A stretch of 64,000 nt of DNA from Tubulanus polymorphus (GCF_964204645.1 NC_134032.1:13628275-13692274); one strand, 5' to 3'. Counted from the first letter of the stretch, positions 11,705-25,330 are shown. A program made the numbers and translations. Notes: generated by a model from the sequence alone, not told the origin.

Positions 11705-12565
11705 CAGAGATGCTAGGGCCAAAGTACCAAAATTCCGGAATTTAGAACGGGGGCCTGGGGATCCTCCCCCAGAAAAAATTTTGTGTTTTTGCATCGCCGG
11801 AGATGCAGTATCACGATCGGCATCTTTCATCTGAAAATATGACGGCAGGCATTCGTTGTGCTTCACACCCCTCACTGCTTATGCCGCGCGCTATCCGGAT
11901 GACGAAGAATATCTTTTTTCCCGCCACTACCGTATTTGACCTGGTCTTTACAAACGACGCAGTACGCCACGCCAGCTAAGTCTATCTTACGAATGTAGTT
12001 CGATAAGTAGTCCCCGTTACTGTCCTTACACTCTAGCCAGTGCCAGTTAAATTTATTTTTTATACCGCTGTCAATTGCCTTTATATCGGCCGACTCCCGA
12101 CTGACAATCTTTCCGTGCGTGCTCATTTTGCAGACCGTCCCGCTTGACAGCCGCAGGCAAAAAGAAAGTTACAAAGCTGCGTGCCTCAGGACATAGCACG
12201 CGCGTGGTTATAATTAAGATGATATTTATTAAATATCATCTTAATTAATACCACGTGCATCTTCACATTGTTGGCCGTCAGCGGGACGATGTACAACGGC
12301 GCGTTAAGATAATTGACTTTTAATTGGAAATGGCGTCACAACAGTGGCGCTCCGCCTACGCACGCGCACAGATACCACAACAAGCACACATATATACATT
12401 GTAGCAGAACGTCCTCGGAAACGGAGACCAAGATAAAATAACACAGAAGCGACGATGAGTACAAGCAAACGAACGCTTTTACGGTCCGTGCCATTACTGG
12501 TCGCCGCGAGGAATTCTCACCAAATTTCCGGAATTCCAGATATTTCCGGAAAACTAGCATCTCTG
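11705..12565 (-). mobile_element. Non-autonomous hAT-like DNA transposon, copy 2
   Basis: Same TIRs, flanks and internal sequence as copy 1. Confidence 0.85.
11782..12126 (-). pseudogene. Transposase zinc-finger fragment, copy 2
   Basis: ORF 11872-12126 plus frameshifted continuation. Confidence 0.75.
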
Positions 12566-14345
12566 ATTAATACAAAACTATATAGGCATGAAGAACGTAT
12601 CTAAAAGCCGATAGTAGCAGCTAAAAACGGGCATTATTAATAATGGACGATACCAAACTTTGAAAATAAGTTTTACTTACTACAAATCAACTGCGATCAA
12701 GTGTCTAATTTAGTGTTTGTGGAGAGGATGGTAAGAGAACATACGGCTCATATTTCTTTCATCTTAAGAAAAATAGAAAATGATTGGAAATGTATTTCAA
12801 AAGATGATTATTATATTATATGAAATGAAATTGAATTTCGGTCTGAACACGTACCACTTATGTTTCTATTGTAATCAACGATGGACTGTAAGTGTCAAGG
12901 GCTGCTACAGTTCAGATCACTTTGATCAAAATGAAAATCCTTATAGACCCGTGCATTACATAGATGTTCCAACCTTTTACATGGTATTGAACTGAAAATA
13001 AAATAAAAGATTCTTCACAAATCCATTTTCAAACATAGAAACCAATAGGGAGCTTTTCCAATTTTGCAGAATTCTACTCACATTCTACAGCACTTGGACG
13101 TCAAGTTTACCGGACAGTGTCTCACTGGGGATAGATTCTGCAGTACTCGCAAATCATTTTTCATGACACTGAACTAGATTAGAATAAATAATTCATCAGG
13201 AATAATTCATTTTCACACATCGAAAACAACAGTGAGGATTCCCAAATTCACACATTTCTTATTACATTCTTTGGCACTTCGATGCCGAGTTTACCAGTAT
13301 CTATCTTGCATATCAAACTGATCAGCGTCTCACCAGTGACAGATTCTGCAGCACTCTGAATCCAATTGTGGAATTTGTAAATGATTCTACACCAGGTGTT
13401 TCTAAAACAGTACAAAATTGTTTAGAAGTTTTAACCAACAGTGCCAGCCACAAAAAAGCGGGCATAATTAATAACGGATATCAAACTTTGAACATTTCTT
13501 TTACTTACTCGGAATCAATGTCAAATGAATGGATCTGTTTGTGAAGAGAACATATTGCATCATTCTATCTGAAGAAAAACAAAAGATAGATGAAAAATTC
13601 ATTTCTACAGATAATAGATGATTTCTTAATTTCAGTCTGAATACAAACCACTAATATTTCTATCGTAATCAAACAATGTTCTGTAAGTTTGAAGGGCTGC
13701 TGCTGCTACTGCTGCTGCTGCTACTGTTGGTGCTGCTCAAGTCAGATCAAAATGATGTTCTTTATGGACTTGTTCATTACATAGAGGATTGACCTTTTAC
13801 ACAGTATTGAACTGAAAATAGAATGAGATTTTCCATTACCGGTATTCATTTTCAAACATAGAAACCGATTAGGGAGGATTTCCAATATGACATGATTCTA
13901 TACTCACATTCTACAGCACTCGGACGTCAAGTTCACGGGACAGTGCACTTGACTAATTTCACAGTTTCGCACTTGGGATGTCAGGTTTGCCAGACAGTGC
14001 CTCAATGGAGCAGTTCTGCGGCACTTGGAATCCATGTCACATTTTGTGGAACTTTATTATGATGACAATTTCATTTTTTGCTTTATCAGTTTTCAGAGCT
14101 TTCCGTAAATAATTCCACACCAGGCGTTTCTAAAATCAATACAAACATACATTTATACATGTAAAAGCCGTAGGCATTTTTCTTCATCTTCAAATACGGG
14201 ATTGGCCCTGTTATTTATTTAATTGGTAGATTTCATTTGATTTGTTTTGATTGAGTGTCCCTTACAAGCGCCAGATTGGGGTTTACGTTGTTGGTTACTT
14301 AGTTGAAAACATTGAAATTTTCTTAATATCCGTAACTATACTAAG

Positions 14346-15205
14346 CAGAGATGCTAGGGCCAAAGTACCAAAATTCCGGAATTTAGAACGGGGGCCTGGG
14401 GATCCTCCCCCAGAAAAAATTTTGCGTTTTTGCATCGCCGGAGATGCAGTATCACGATCGGCATCTTTCATCTGAAAATATGACGGCAGGCATTCGTTGT
14501 GCTTCACACCCCTCACTGCTTATGCCGCGCGCTATCCGGATGACGAAGAATATCTTTTTTCCCGCCACTACCGTATTTGACCTGGTCTTTACGAACGACG
14601 CAGTACGCCACGCCAGCTAAGTCTATCTTACGAATGTAGTTCGGTAAGTAGTCCCCGTTACTGTCCTTACACTCTAGCCAGTGCCAGTTAAATTTATTTT
14701 TTATACCGCTGTCAATTGCCTTTATATCGGCCGACTCCCGACTGACAATCTTTCCGTGCGTGCTCATTTTGCAGACCGTCCCGCTTGACAGCGGCAGGCA
14801 AAAAGAAAGTTACAAAGCTGCGTGCCTCAGGACATAGCACGCGCGTGGTTATAATTAAGATGATATTTATTAAATATCATCTTAATTAATACCACGTGCA
14901 TCTTCACATTGTTGGCCGTCAGCGGGACGATGTACAACGGCGCATTAAGATAATTGACTTTTAATTGGAAATGGCGTCACAACGTGGCGCTCCGCCTACG
15001 CACGCGCACAGATACCACAACAAGCACACATATATACATTGTATCAGAACGTCCTCGGAAACGGAGACCAAGATAAAATAACACAGAAGCGACGATGAGT
15101 ACAAGCAAACGAACGCTATTACGGTCCGTGCCATTACTGGTCGCCGCGAGGAATTCTCACCAAATTTCCGGAATTCCAGATATTTCCGGAAAACTAGCAT
15201 CTCTG
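14346..15205 (-). mobile_element. Non-autonomous hAT-like DNA transposon, copy 3
   Basis: Same TIRs and flanks; 860 bp. Confidence 0.85.
14423..14767 (-). pseudogene. Transposase zinc-finger fragment, copy 3 (second Cys lost)
   Basis: ORF 14513-14767 reads CVVRK instead of CVVCK. Confidence 0.75.
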
Positions 15206-16337
15206 ATTAATACAAAACTATATAGGCATGAAGAACGTATCTAAAAGCCGATAGTAGCAGCTAAAAAGGGGCATTATTAATAATGAACGATACCAAACTT
15301 TGAAAATATGTTTTACTTACTACAAATCAACTGCGATCAAGTGTCTAATTTAGTGTTTGTGGAGAGGATGGTAAGAGAACATACGGCTCATATTTCTTTC
15401 ATCTTAAGAAAAATAGAAAATGATTGGAAATGTATTTCAAAAGATGATTATTATATTATATAGAATGAAATTGAATTTCGGTCTGAACACGTACCACTAA
15501 TGTTTCTATTGTAATCAACGATGGACTGTAAGTGTCAAGGGCTGCTGCAGTTCAGATCACTTTGATCAAAATGAAAATCCTTATAGACCCGTGCATTACA
15601 TAGATGTTCCAACCTTTTACATGGTATTGAACTGAAAATAAAATAAAAGATTCTTCACAAATCCATTTTCAAACATAGAAACCAATAGAGAGCTTTTCCA
15701 ATTTTGCAGAATTCTACTCACATTCTACAGCACTTGGACGTCAAGTTTACCGGACAGTGTCTCACTGGGGATAGATTCTGCACTACTCGCAAATCATTTT
15801 TCATGACACTGAACTAGATTAAAATAAATAATTCATCAGGAATAATTCATTTTCACACATAGAAAACAACAGTGAGGATTTCCAAATTTACACATTTCTT
15901 ATTACATTCTTTGGCACTTCGATGCCGAGTTTACCAGTATCTATCTTGCACATCAAACTGATCAGCGTCTCACCAGTGACAGATTCTGCAGCACTCTGAA
16001 TCCAATTGTGGAATTTGTAAATGATTCCACACCAGGTGTTTCTAAAACAGTACAAAATTGTTTAGAAGTTTTAACAAACAGTGCCAGCCACAAAAAACGG
16101 GCATAATTGATAACGTATATCAAACTTTGAACATTTATTTTACTTACTCGGAATCAATGTCAAATGAATGGATCTGTTTGTGAATTGCATATTGCATCAT
16201 TCTATCTGAAGAAAAACAAAAGATAGATGAAAAATTCATTTCTACAGATAATAGATGATTTCTTAATTTCAGTCTGAATACAAACCAGTAATATTTCTAT
16301 CGTAATCAAACAATGTTCTGTAAGTTTGAAGGGCTGC

Positions 16338-16371
<34 letters not shown>

Positions 16372-17048
16372 GCTACTGTTGGTGCTGCTCAAGTCCGATC
16401 AAAATGATGTTCTTTATGGACTTGTTCATTACATAGAGGATCAGCCTTATACATGGTATTGAACTGAAAAAAGAATGAGATTTTCCATTACCGGTATTCA
16501 TTTTCAAACATAGAAACCGATAGGGAGGATTTCCAATATGACATGATTCTATACTCACATTCTGCAGCACTTGGGTGTGAGTTCACCAGACAGTGTCTCA
16601 CTGGGGGTAGATTCTACAGCACTTGGACGTCAAGTTCACGGGACAGTGCACTTGACTAATTTCACGGTTTTGCACTTGGGATGTCAGGTTCGCCAGACAG
16701 TGCCTCAATGGAGCAGTTCTGCGGCACTTGGAATCCATGTCACATTTTGTGGAACTTTATTATGATGACAATTTCATTTTTTGCTGTATCGGTTTTCAGA
16801 GCTTTCCGTAAATAATTCCACACCAGGCGTTTCTAAAATCAATACAAACATACATTCATACATGTAAAAGCCGTAGGCATTTTTCTTCATCTTCAAATAG
16901 GGGATTGGCCCTGTTATTTATTTAATTGGTAGATTTCATTTGATTTGTTTTGATTGAGTGTCCCTTACAAGCGCCAGATTGGGGTTTACGTTGTTGGATA
17001 CTTAGTTTAAAACATTGAAATTTTCTTAATATCCGTAACTATACTAAG

Positions 17049-17900
17049 CAGAGATGCTAGGGCCAAAGTACCAAAATTTCGGAATTCAGAACGGGGGCCT
17101 GGGGATCCTCCCCCAGAAAAAATTTTGCGTTTTTGCATCGCCGGAGATGCAGTATCACGATCGGCATCTTTCATCTGAAAATATGACGGCAGGCATTCGT
17201 TGTGCTTCACACCCCTCACTGCTTATGCCGCGCGCTATCCGGATGACGAAGAATATCTTTTTTCCCGCCACTACCGTATTTGACCTGGTCTTTACAAACG
17301 ACGCAGTACGCCACGCCAGCTAAGTCTATCTTACGAATGTAGTTCGATAAGTAGTCCCCGTTACTGTCCTTACACTCTAGCCAGTGCCAGTTAAATTTAT
17401 TTTTTATACCGCTGTCAATTGCCTTTATATCGGCCGACTCCCGACTGACAATCTTTCCGTGCGTGCTCATTTTGCAGACCGTCCCGCTTGACAGCCGCAG
17501 GCAAAAAGAAAGTTACAAAGCTGCGTGCCTCAGGACATAGCACGCGCGTGGTAATAATTAAGATGATATTTAATAAATATCATCTTAATTAATACCACGT
17601 GCATCTTCACATTGTTGGCCGTCAGCGGGACGATGTACAACGGCGCGTTAAGATAATTGACTTTTAATTGGAAATGGCGTCACAACAGTGGCGCTCCGCC
17701 TACGCACGCGCACAGATACCACAACAAGCACACATATATACATTGTAGCAGAACGTCCTCGGAAACGGAGACCAAGATAAAATAACACAGAAGTGACGAT
17801 GAGTACAAGCAAACGAACGCTTTTACGGTCCGTGCCATTACTGGTCGCCGCGAGGAATTCTCACCAAATTCCAGATATTTCCGGAAAACTAGCATCTCTG
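17049..17900 (-). mobile_element. Non-autonomous hAT-like DNA transposon, copy 4
   Basis: Same TIRs and flanks; 852 bp owing to a 9-bp deletion in the subterminal TTCCGGAA repeats. Confidence 0.85.
17126..17470 (-). pseudogene. Transposase zinc-finger fragment, copy 4
   Basis: ORF 17216-17470 plus frameshifted continuation. Confidence 0.75.
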
Positions 17901-20876
17901 ATTAATACAAAACTATATAGGCATGAAGAACGTATCTAAAAGCCGATAGTAGCAGCTAAAAACGGGCATTATTAATAATGGACGATACCAAACTTTGAAA
18001 ATATGTTTTACTTACTACAAATCAACTGCGATCAAGTGTCTAATTTAGTGTTTGTGGAGAGGATGGTAAGATAACATACGGCTCATATTTCTTTCATCTT
18101 AAGAAAAATAGAAAATGATTGGAAATGTATTTCAAAAGATGATTATTATATTATATAGAATGAAATTGAATTTCGGTCTGAACACGTACCACTAATGTTT
18201 CTATTGTAATCAACGATGGACTGTAAGTGTCAAGGGCTGCTGCAGTTCAGATCACTTTGATCAAAATGAAAATCCTTATAGACCCGTGCATTACATAGAT
18301 GTTCCAACCTTTTACATGGTATTGAACTGAAAATAAAATAAAAGATTCTTCACAAATCCATTTTCAAACATAGAAACCAATAGGGAGCTTTTCCAATTTT
18401 GCAGAATTCTACTCACATTCTACAGCACTTGGACGTCAAGTTAACCGGACAGTGTCTCACTGGGGATAGATTCTGCAGTACTCGCAAATCATTTTTCATG
18501 ACACTGAACTAGATTAAAATAAATAATTCATCAGGAATAATTCATTTTCACACATAGAAAACAACAGTGAGGATTTCCAAATTTACACATTTCTTATTAT
18601 ATTCTTTGGCACTTCGATGCCGAGTTTACCAGTATCTATCTTGCACATCAAACTGATCAGCGTCTCACCAGTGACAGATTCTGCAGCACTCTGAATCCAA
18701 TTGTGGAATTGTAAATGATTCCACACCAGGTGTTTCTAAAACAGTACAAAATTGTTTAGAAGTTTTAACCAACAGTGCCAGCCACGAAAAAAACAGGCAT
18801 AATCAATAACGGATATCAAACTTTGAACATTTCTTTTACTTACTCGGAATCAATGTCAAATGAATGGATCTGTTTGTGAAGAGAACATATCGCATCATTC
18901 TATCTGAAGAAAAACCAAAGATAGATAAAAAATTCATTTCTACAGATAATAGATGATTTCTTAATTTCAGTCTGAATACAAACCAGTAATATTTCTATCG
19001 TAATCAAACAATGTTCTGTAAGTTTGAAGGGCTGCTGCTGCACTGCTACTGTTGGTGCTGCTCAAGTCCGATCAAAATGATGTTCTTTATGGACTTGTTC
19101 ATTACATAGAGGATTGACCTTTTACACGGTATTGAACTGAAAATAGAATGAGATTTTCCATTACCGGTATTAATTTTCAAACATAGAAACCGATTAGGGA
19201 GGATTTCAAATATGACATGATTCTATACTCACATTCTGCAGCACTTGGGTGTGAGTTCACCAGAAAGTGTCTCACTGGGGGTAGATTCTACAGCACTCGG
19301 ACATCAAGTTCACGGGACAGTGCACATGACTAATTTCACGGTTTGGCACTTGGGATGTCAGGTTCGCCAGACAGTGCATCAATGGAGCAGTTCCACGGCA
19401 CTTGGAATCCATGTCACATTTTGTGGAATTTTATTATGATGACAATTTCATTTTTTGCTGTATCGGTTTTCAGAGCTTTCCGTAAATAATTCCACACCAG
19501 GCGTTTCTAAAATCAATACAAACATACATTCATACATGTAAAAGCCGTAGGCATTTTTCTTCATCTTGAAATAGGGGATTGGCCCTGTTATTTATTTGAT
19601 TGGTAGATTTCACTGGATTTTTGATTCAGTGTCCCTTACAAGCGCCCGATCGGGGTTTACATTGTTGGCTACTAAGTTTAACACATCGAAATTTTCGTAA
19701 CAACTGGAACTATACTAAGGTTTAAGAATGGGTCGCCAAATAACGACATTATCGACAATGGATGAGACCAAAATTCTAAAATATGTTTTACTTACTGGGA
19801 ATCTATCGGCAAATAATTGGTCTTTCATGAAGAGATGGCAAGTTCACCAGACAGTGTATTACTATAGGGTAGATTCTGCAGCACTTGAATCCATCTCAAA
19901 TGGTACTCAACTGTAAATGAAATACAAGATTCATTATGATACTTAGAAAACAATAGGAAACATTTAAAATGTACAATTATACACAGATATCATGTTTACC
20001 AGATAGCGTCTCACTGAGGGTAGATTCTGCATCACTTGGAATCCATGTGTGGAATTTGTGAACGATTCTACACCAGGCGTTTCTAAATCAGTACAAAATT
20101 GTATAGAAAGTGAGTATTATCCAAAAGTGGCGGCCAAAAATGGGAATAATTGGTAAATGGCTGATATCAAACTTAATATATAAATTTGTTTTACTCACTC
20201 AGAATCAATGTCAAATGAATGTCCGGTTTGTGACAAGATGTTGAGAGAAAAGATTTCAGCATCTAAAAACATAAAATAGATGAAAAACTCATTTCTAAAG
20301 ATGATTGATCATTTATGTCCGAGTACATACCACTTATAATTTCGATTGTAAAAAACTATATGAATTGTAAGTGCTGCTGATTCTATAATATGTGATATCT
20401 ATTTGTAGAAAATTTCAATGATTCCACACCAGCCCTATCTGAATTAATACAAAACTATATAGGCATGAAGAACGTATCTAAAAGCCGATAGTAGCAGCTA
20501 AAAACGGGCATTATTGATAATGGACGATACCAAATTTTGAAAATATATTTTACCTACTCGAAATCAACTGCGATCAAGTGTCTAATTTATTGTTTGTGGA
20601 GAAATGGTGAGAAAACATTTGGCTCATATTTCCTTCATCTGAATGAAAAAACAAAATAATTGGAAATGCATTCCAAAAGATTATTAATATAAGATTAAAT
20701 TGAATTTCGGTCAAAGATATACCACTTATGTTTCTAACGTAATCAATGACTTGTTCATTACATAGATGATTACATGGTACATTAAACTGAAAATAAAATG
20801 AAATATTCTTTACAAATACATTTTCAAACATAGAAACCAATAGGGAGGTTTTCCAATTTTACACAATTCTACTCAC

Positions 20877-21420
20877 ATTCTGCGGTATTGGACGGTGATT
20901 TCACCAGACAGTGTCTCACTGGGGGTAGATTCTGCAGCACTTGGATGTCAAGTTCACCAGACAGTGTCTCAATGGGGGTAGACTCTGCAGTACTTGGATG
21001 TCGAGTTCACCGGACAGTGTTTCACTGGGGGTAGTTTCTGCAGCACTTTGATGTCAAGTTCACCAGACAGTGTCTCAATGGGGGTAGACTCTGCAGTACT
21101 TGGATGTCGAGTTTACCGGACAGTGTTTTACTGGGGGTAGATTCTGCAGCACTTTGATGTCAAGTTCACCAGACAGTGTCTCAATGGGGGTAGACTCTGC
21201 AGTACTTGGATGTCGAGTTTACCGGAAAGTGTTTCACTGGGGGTAGATTCTGCAGCACTTTGATGTCAAGTTCACCAGACAGTGTCTCACTGGGGTAGAC
21301 TCAGCAGTACTTGGATGTCAAGTTCACTGGACAGTGTCTCAATGGGGCTAGATTCTGCAGTACTTGGATGTCAAGTTTACCGGACACTGTTTCACTGGGG
21401 GTGGACTCTGCAGTACTTGT
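20877..21420. repeat. 53-bp minisatellite, ~10 copies, with alternating A/B variants (106-bp dimer)
   Basis: Period 20901 to 20954; alternation of tctcaatg..gactctgcagtac and tttcactg..gattctgcagcac. Confidence 0.95.
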
Positions 21421-24074
21421 AATCCATTTTTCATGGTCCTCTATAAATTAGAATAAAGAATTCATCGTGAATAATACATTTCGGACATAGAAAGCAATAG
21501 TGAGGATTTCCAAAATTACAGTATTTCTTCTCACATTCTGTAACACTTTGATGCTGAGTTCACCAGTCTCCAACTGCAGCACTCTGAATCCAATTGTGGA
21601 ATCTGTGAATGATTCCACACCAGGCATTTCTGAATCAGTCCAAAATTGTATAGAAGGTGGTTGGATATTGCACCATTTATCTGAAGGAAAACAAGAAATA
21701 GAAAAATCCGTTTCTACAGATAATTGATGATTTCTTAATTTCGTTCTGAATACATACCACTAATATTTCTAACGTAATCGATCGATGGACTGTAAGGGTC
21801 AGGGGCTGCTGCTGCTCAAGTTCATTCAAAATGATGTTCATTATGGACTTGTTCATTACTGATACATAGAGATCAACCTACATGATGTTGAACTGAAGAT
21901 AAAATAAAACATTTCTCATTATTTCATTTTCAAACATAGAAACCAATAGGGAATATTTCCAATTTCCCACAATTCTACTCACATTCGGCAGGACCTGGAC
22001 GTCAAGTTCACCAGACAGTGTCTCACTGGGACAGATTATGCAGTACTTGCAAATCTATCTCACATGGGAATGAACTGAAAATAAAATCAAAGATTCATTA
22101 CGAATATATTTTCACTTTTAGAAAACAAAATTAGGAGGATTTATAAATTCCAATTTACATAGTTCTTCCCACATTCGGTAACACTTGGATGCTGAGTTCA
22201 CCAGTCTGTAACAGATTCTGGAGTACTCTGAATCCTTTTGTGGAATTTGTGATTGATTCATCTCCAAATAGATGGTAAGAGATATGCCGGGTTCACCAGT
22301 CTCTCATTGGAGGTGGATGGAGTCTACAATAGTTGCATATCAAGATGATCAGCATCGCGAACACCTCTGCAGTACTCTGAATCCTTTTGTGGAGTTTGTG
22401 AATAATCAATCTTCAAATAGATGGAGAGAGAAGATATTTCACCTGTTAACCGAAAGAAGGCCCAAAGAACATACGAATTAGTCAATAAGGGCAGCCAAAC
22501 AACAGGCATTACTGATTACTGGTGATGGATGAAATCAAACTTTTAAAACATGTAATAACTTACTCAGAATATTATGTCGAATGAATGGATCTGAAGAGAT
22601 GATGAGAGAACAAAGTGCAGCTTTCATCTGAAGGAAAACGAAAAGAGTTGCAAATCAACAATCCTCTTTTGAGGTGCATTTTTCAAATACCCGTAATGGA
22701 TGAAACCAAACTGAAAATGAAATTGAATTTCGTCTGCATTCGTACCATTTATATGTTTCGATTGCAAATAGCTATGGACTGTCAGTGTGTCAAAGTCTGC
22801 TGCCGTTCAAACCAAATCAATCAAGATAAAAATCTCTGTGGACTTGTGAGAATCAACCTCTTACTTGGTACTGGACTGAGAATTGAACACTTGACATGTT
22901 CACTAGACATTGTTTCACCAGTGGCAGAATGATTCCACACCAGGCGTTTCTAAATCAGTACCAAATTATATAGAGGGCGAATGAATGTTCTGTTTATCAA
23001 AAGATGTTGAGAGAAGGTATTGCAGCATTTGTCTGAAAGAAAATATAAATGAAAAACTCATTTTTAATGATGAATGATGATTTTTTAATCTCGGTCTGAA
23101 AATGCATACCACTAATATTTCTATCCTAATCAACCGATGGATGGAAAGTGACAAGGGCTGCTACTGCTGCTCAATCCAGATCAAAATGATGTTATGGTTT
23201 TGTACTGAAATGAAAAATGTGATTCTCCATTAATTCATTTTCATACATAGAAACCAACACGAAGGATTTCCGATTTTACATGATTCTACCGGTACTCACA
23301 TTCTGCAGCACTTGGATGTTAAGTTCAACTGACAGTGTCTCGACTATGGACAGATTATGCAGGACTAGAAATCAATTTTTCAAGGCACTGATCTATCAAG
23401 ATAGAATAAAAATTTTTTATTAATACATTTTCACACATAGAAACCAATAGGTTAGATTTCCAATTTTACACAGTTCTACTCACATTCTACAGCATTTGGA
23501 CATAAGTTTACCACACAATGTTTCACTAGGGGTAGATTCTGCACAACTTGAAATCCATTTCACATGGAAATGAACTGAAAATAAAATGAAATATTCATTT
23601 TGAATATTTTCAAACTTAGGAAACAAAAGGAAAAATTTCCAATTTCAAATCTTAAAAATTTCTTCTTACATTCCGTAGCACTTGGATGCAGAGTTCACCA
23701 GGCTCTCACTTAGGATAGTTTCTGCATCTTGGATGTCAAATTGATCAAACAACATTTCACCAGTGGCAGATTCTGCAGCACTCGATTCTTTTTGTGGAAT
23801 TTGTGAGTGATTCCACACCATTCGTTTCTAAAACAGTACAAAAACTGCATTGAAGGCGAGTACTAGCCATGGCATAAAAACATCTGGCTTAATTGATAAT
23901 GGATATGATAAATAATTGAAGATGCACTTCAAAAGATGATATATAATTTTTTCAAAATGAAATTGAATCCCGGTCCACATACATACCATTGATATTTCTA
24001 TCGTAATCAACAATAGACTTTAAGTACCAAGGGCTGCTGCTGTTCAGGTCACAACGATCAAAATGAATATCTCC

Positions 24075-24780
24075 ATAGACTCGTTCATTACATGGTAAAT
24101 CAACCTCTGATGTGGTACTGAATGGAAATGAAATTGCAGATTCTCCATGAACATATTTTCAACAAACCAATAAGGAAGATTTCTAATGTTACACAATCCT
24201 ACTCACATTCTGCAACATTCGGACGTCAAGTTTACCAGGCAATCGTCTCACTGGGGACTCGTTCATTGAATGGTGGATCAACCTCTGATATGGTACTGAA
24301 CTAAAAATGAAATTGCAGATTCTCCATAAATATATTTTCAAACATAAGGGGGATTTCTAATTTTACACAATGCTAACCACACTCTGCAGCACTTGGATGT
24401 CAAGTTTACCAGGCAACTGTCTCACTGGGGACTCGTTCATTACATGGTGAATCATCAACCTATGATATGGTACTGAACTGAACTGAAAATGAAATTCCAG
24501 ATTTTCCATTAAACACATATTCAAGAACATCGAAACCAATAAAATTTCTAATTCTACAAAATTCTACTCACATTCTGCACTTGGACGTCAAGTTTACCAG
24601 GCAACTGTCTCACTGGGTACATGTTCATTACATGGTGAATCATCAATCTCTGATATGGTACTGAACTGAAAAATGCAATTGAAGATACTCCATTAAACAC
24701 ACATTCAAGAACATAGAAACCAATAAGATTTCTAATTTTTCACAATTCTACTCACATTCTGTAGCACTTGAACGTCAAGA
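24075..24780. repeat. ~180-bp tandem repeat, ~4 copies (one chimeric exon plus one intron per unit)
   Basis: ctcactggggactcgttcatt..aacctctgatatggtactgaact recurs at about 24247, 24421 and 24608. Example: exon 24207-24300, intron 24301-24380. Confidence 0.88.
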
Positions 24781-24991
24781 TTAGCGGGCATTCTAACAGG
24801 GGGTAAATTCTGTAGAACTTCTTTAATCTGAACAAAACAAAAGGAAATAGAAACAAAAAATACATTTTCGTTTTCTCATTGACGGCGAATTTTCAATTTG
24901 ACTGCATACATACTTATGCCATTGAATCAGCTGTAGATTGATTTGCATCTTCACAAACGCCATCTACAAGTTCTTTTCATGTTCCTCGTAC

Positions 24992-25042
24992 CTTCCTGAC
25001 GAGTTCGCCGATCATACCGTTCCACGTTCCGTTGCTGTCCTT
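24992..25042 (-). pseudogene. Captured exon fragment of an ionotropic glutamate receptor / IR-family gene (ligand-binding S1 region)
   Basis: Translates KDSNGTWNGMIGELVRK, followed directly by the donor AAG|GTACGA. WNGM(I/V)GELV is the hallmark iGluR S1 motif. There is an in-frame TAA five codons upstream and no proper acceptor. Confidence 0.8.
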
Positions 25043-25084
25043 GCAGTTATCAGTTTAGACGGGTTTCAGGAACTATAGGTGGTT

Positions 25085-25320
25085 GTCGAGGGTGTGGGTG
25101 GAAGTCAGTAGCTGCAGTCGAGGGTGTGGGTGGAAGTCAGTAGCTGCAATCGAGGTTTTGGGTGGAAGTCAGGAGATGCAATCGAGGGTGTGGGTGGAAG
25201 TCAAGAGGTCTAGTCGAGGGTGTAAGTGGAAGTCGGGAGCTGTGCGTGGCAGTCGAGGGCTCGGATGGTTGTCGGAAGGTTTAGGTTGCAGTCAAGGGTT
25301 CGGACGGGTTTTCGAGAGGT
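25085..25320. repeat. 32-bp G-rich minisatellite, ~7 copies (cassette 2)
   Basis: Unit GTCGAGGGTGTGGGTGGAAGTCAGTAGCTGCA at 25085, 25117, ... Confidence 0.9.
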
Positions 25321-25330
25321 TTTGCAGGTG

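Larger units (their letters stand above)
7258..19719. repeat. ~2.7-kb tandem duplication (five host segments separated by four transposon copies)
   Basis: Element starts at 9023, 11705, 14346 and 17049 (periods 2682, 2641, 2703), with near-identical intervening sequence. Confidence 0.96.

Noticed and set aside
9023-17900. Four independent transposon insertions or an autonomous element
   Set aside because: Identical flanks show a single event amplified by tandem duplication, and no catalytic domain is present.
25028-25045. CKDSNG peptide shared by the iGluR fragment and the transposase fragment
   Set aside because: Six residues only, with several nucleotide differences and unrelated flanks; the Cys codon lies largely in host sequence. 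Treated as coincidence.
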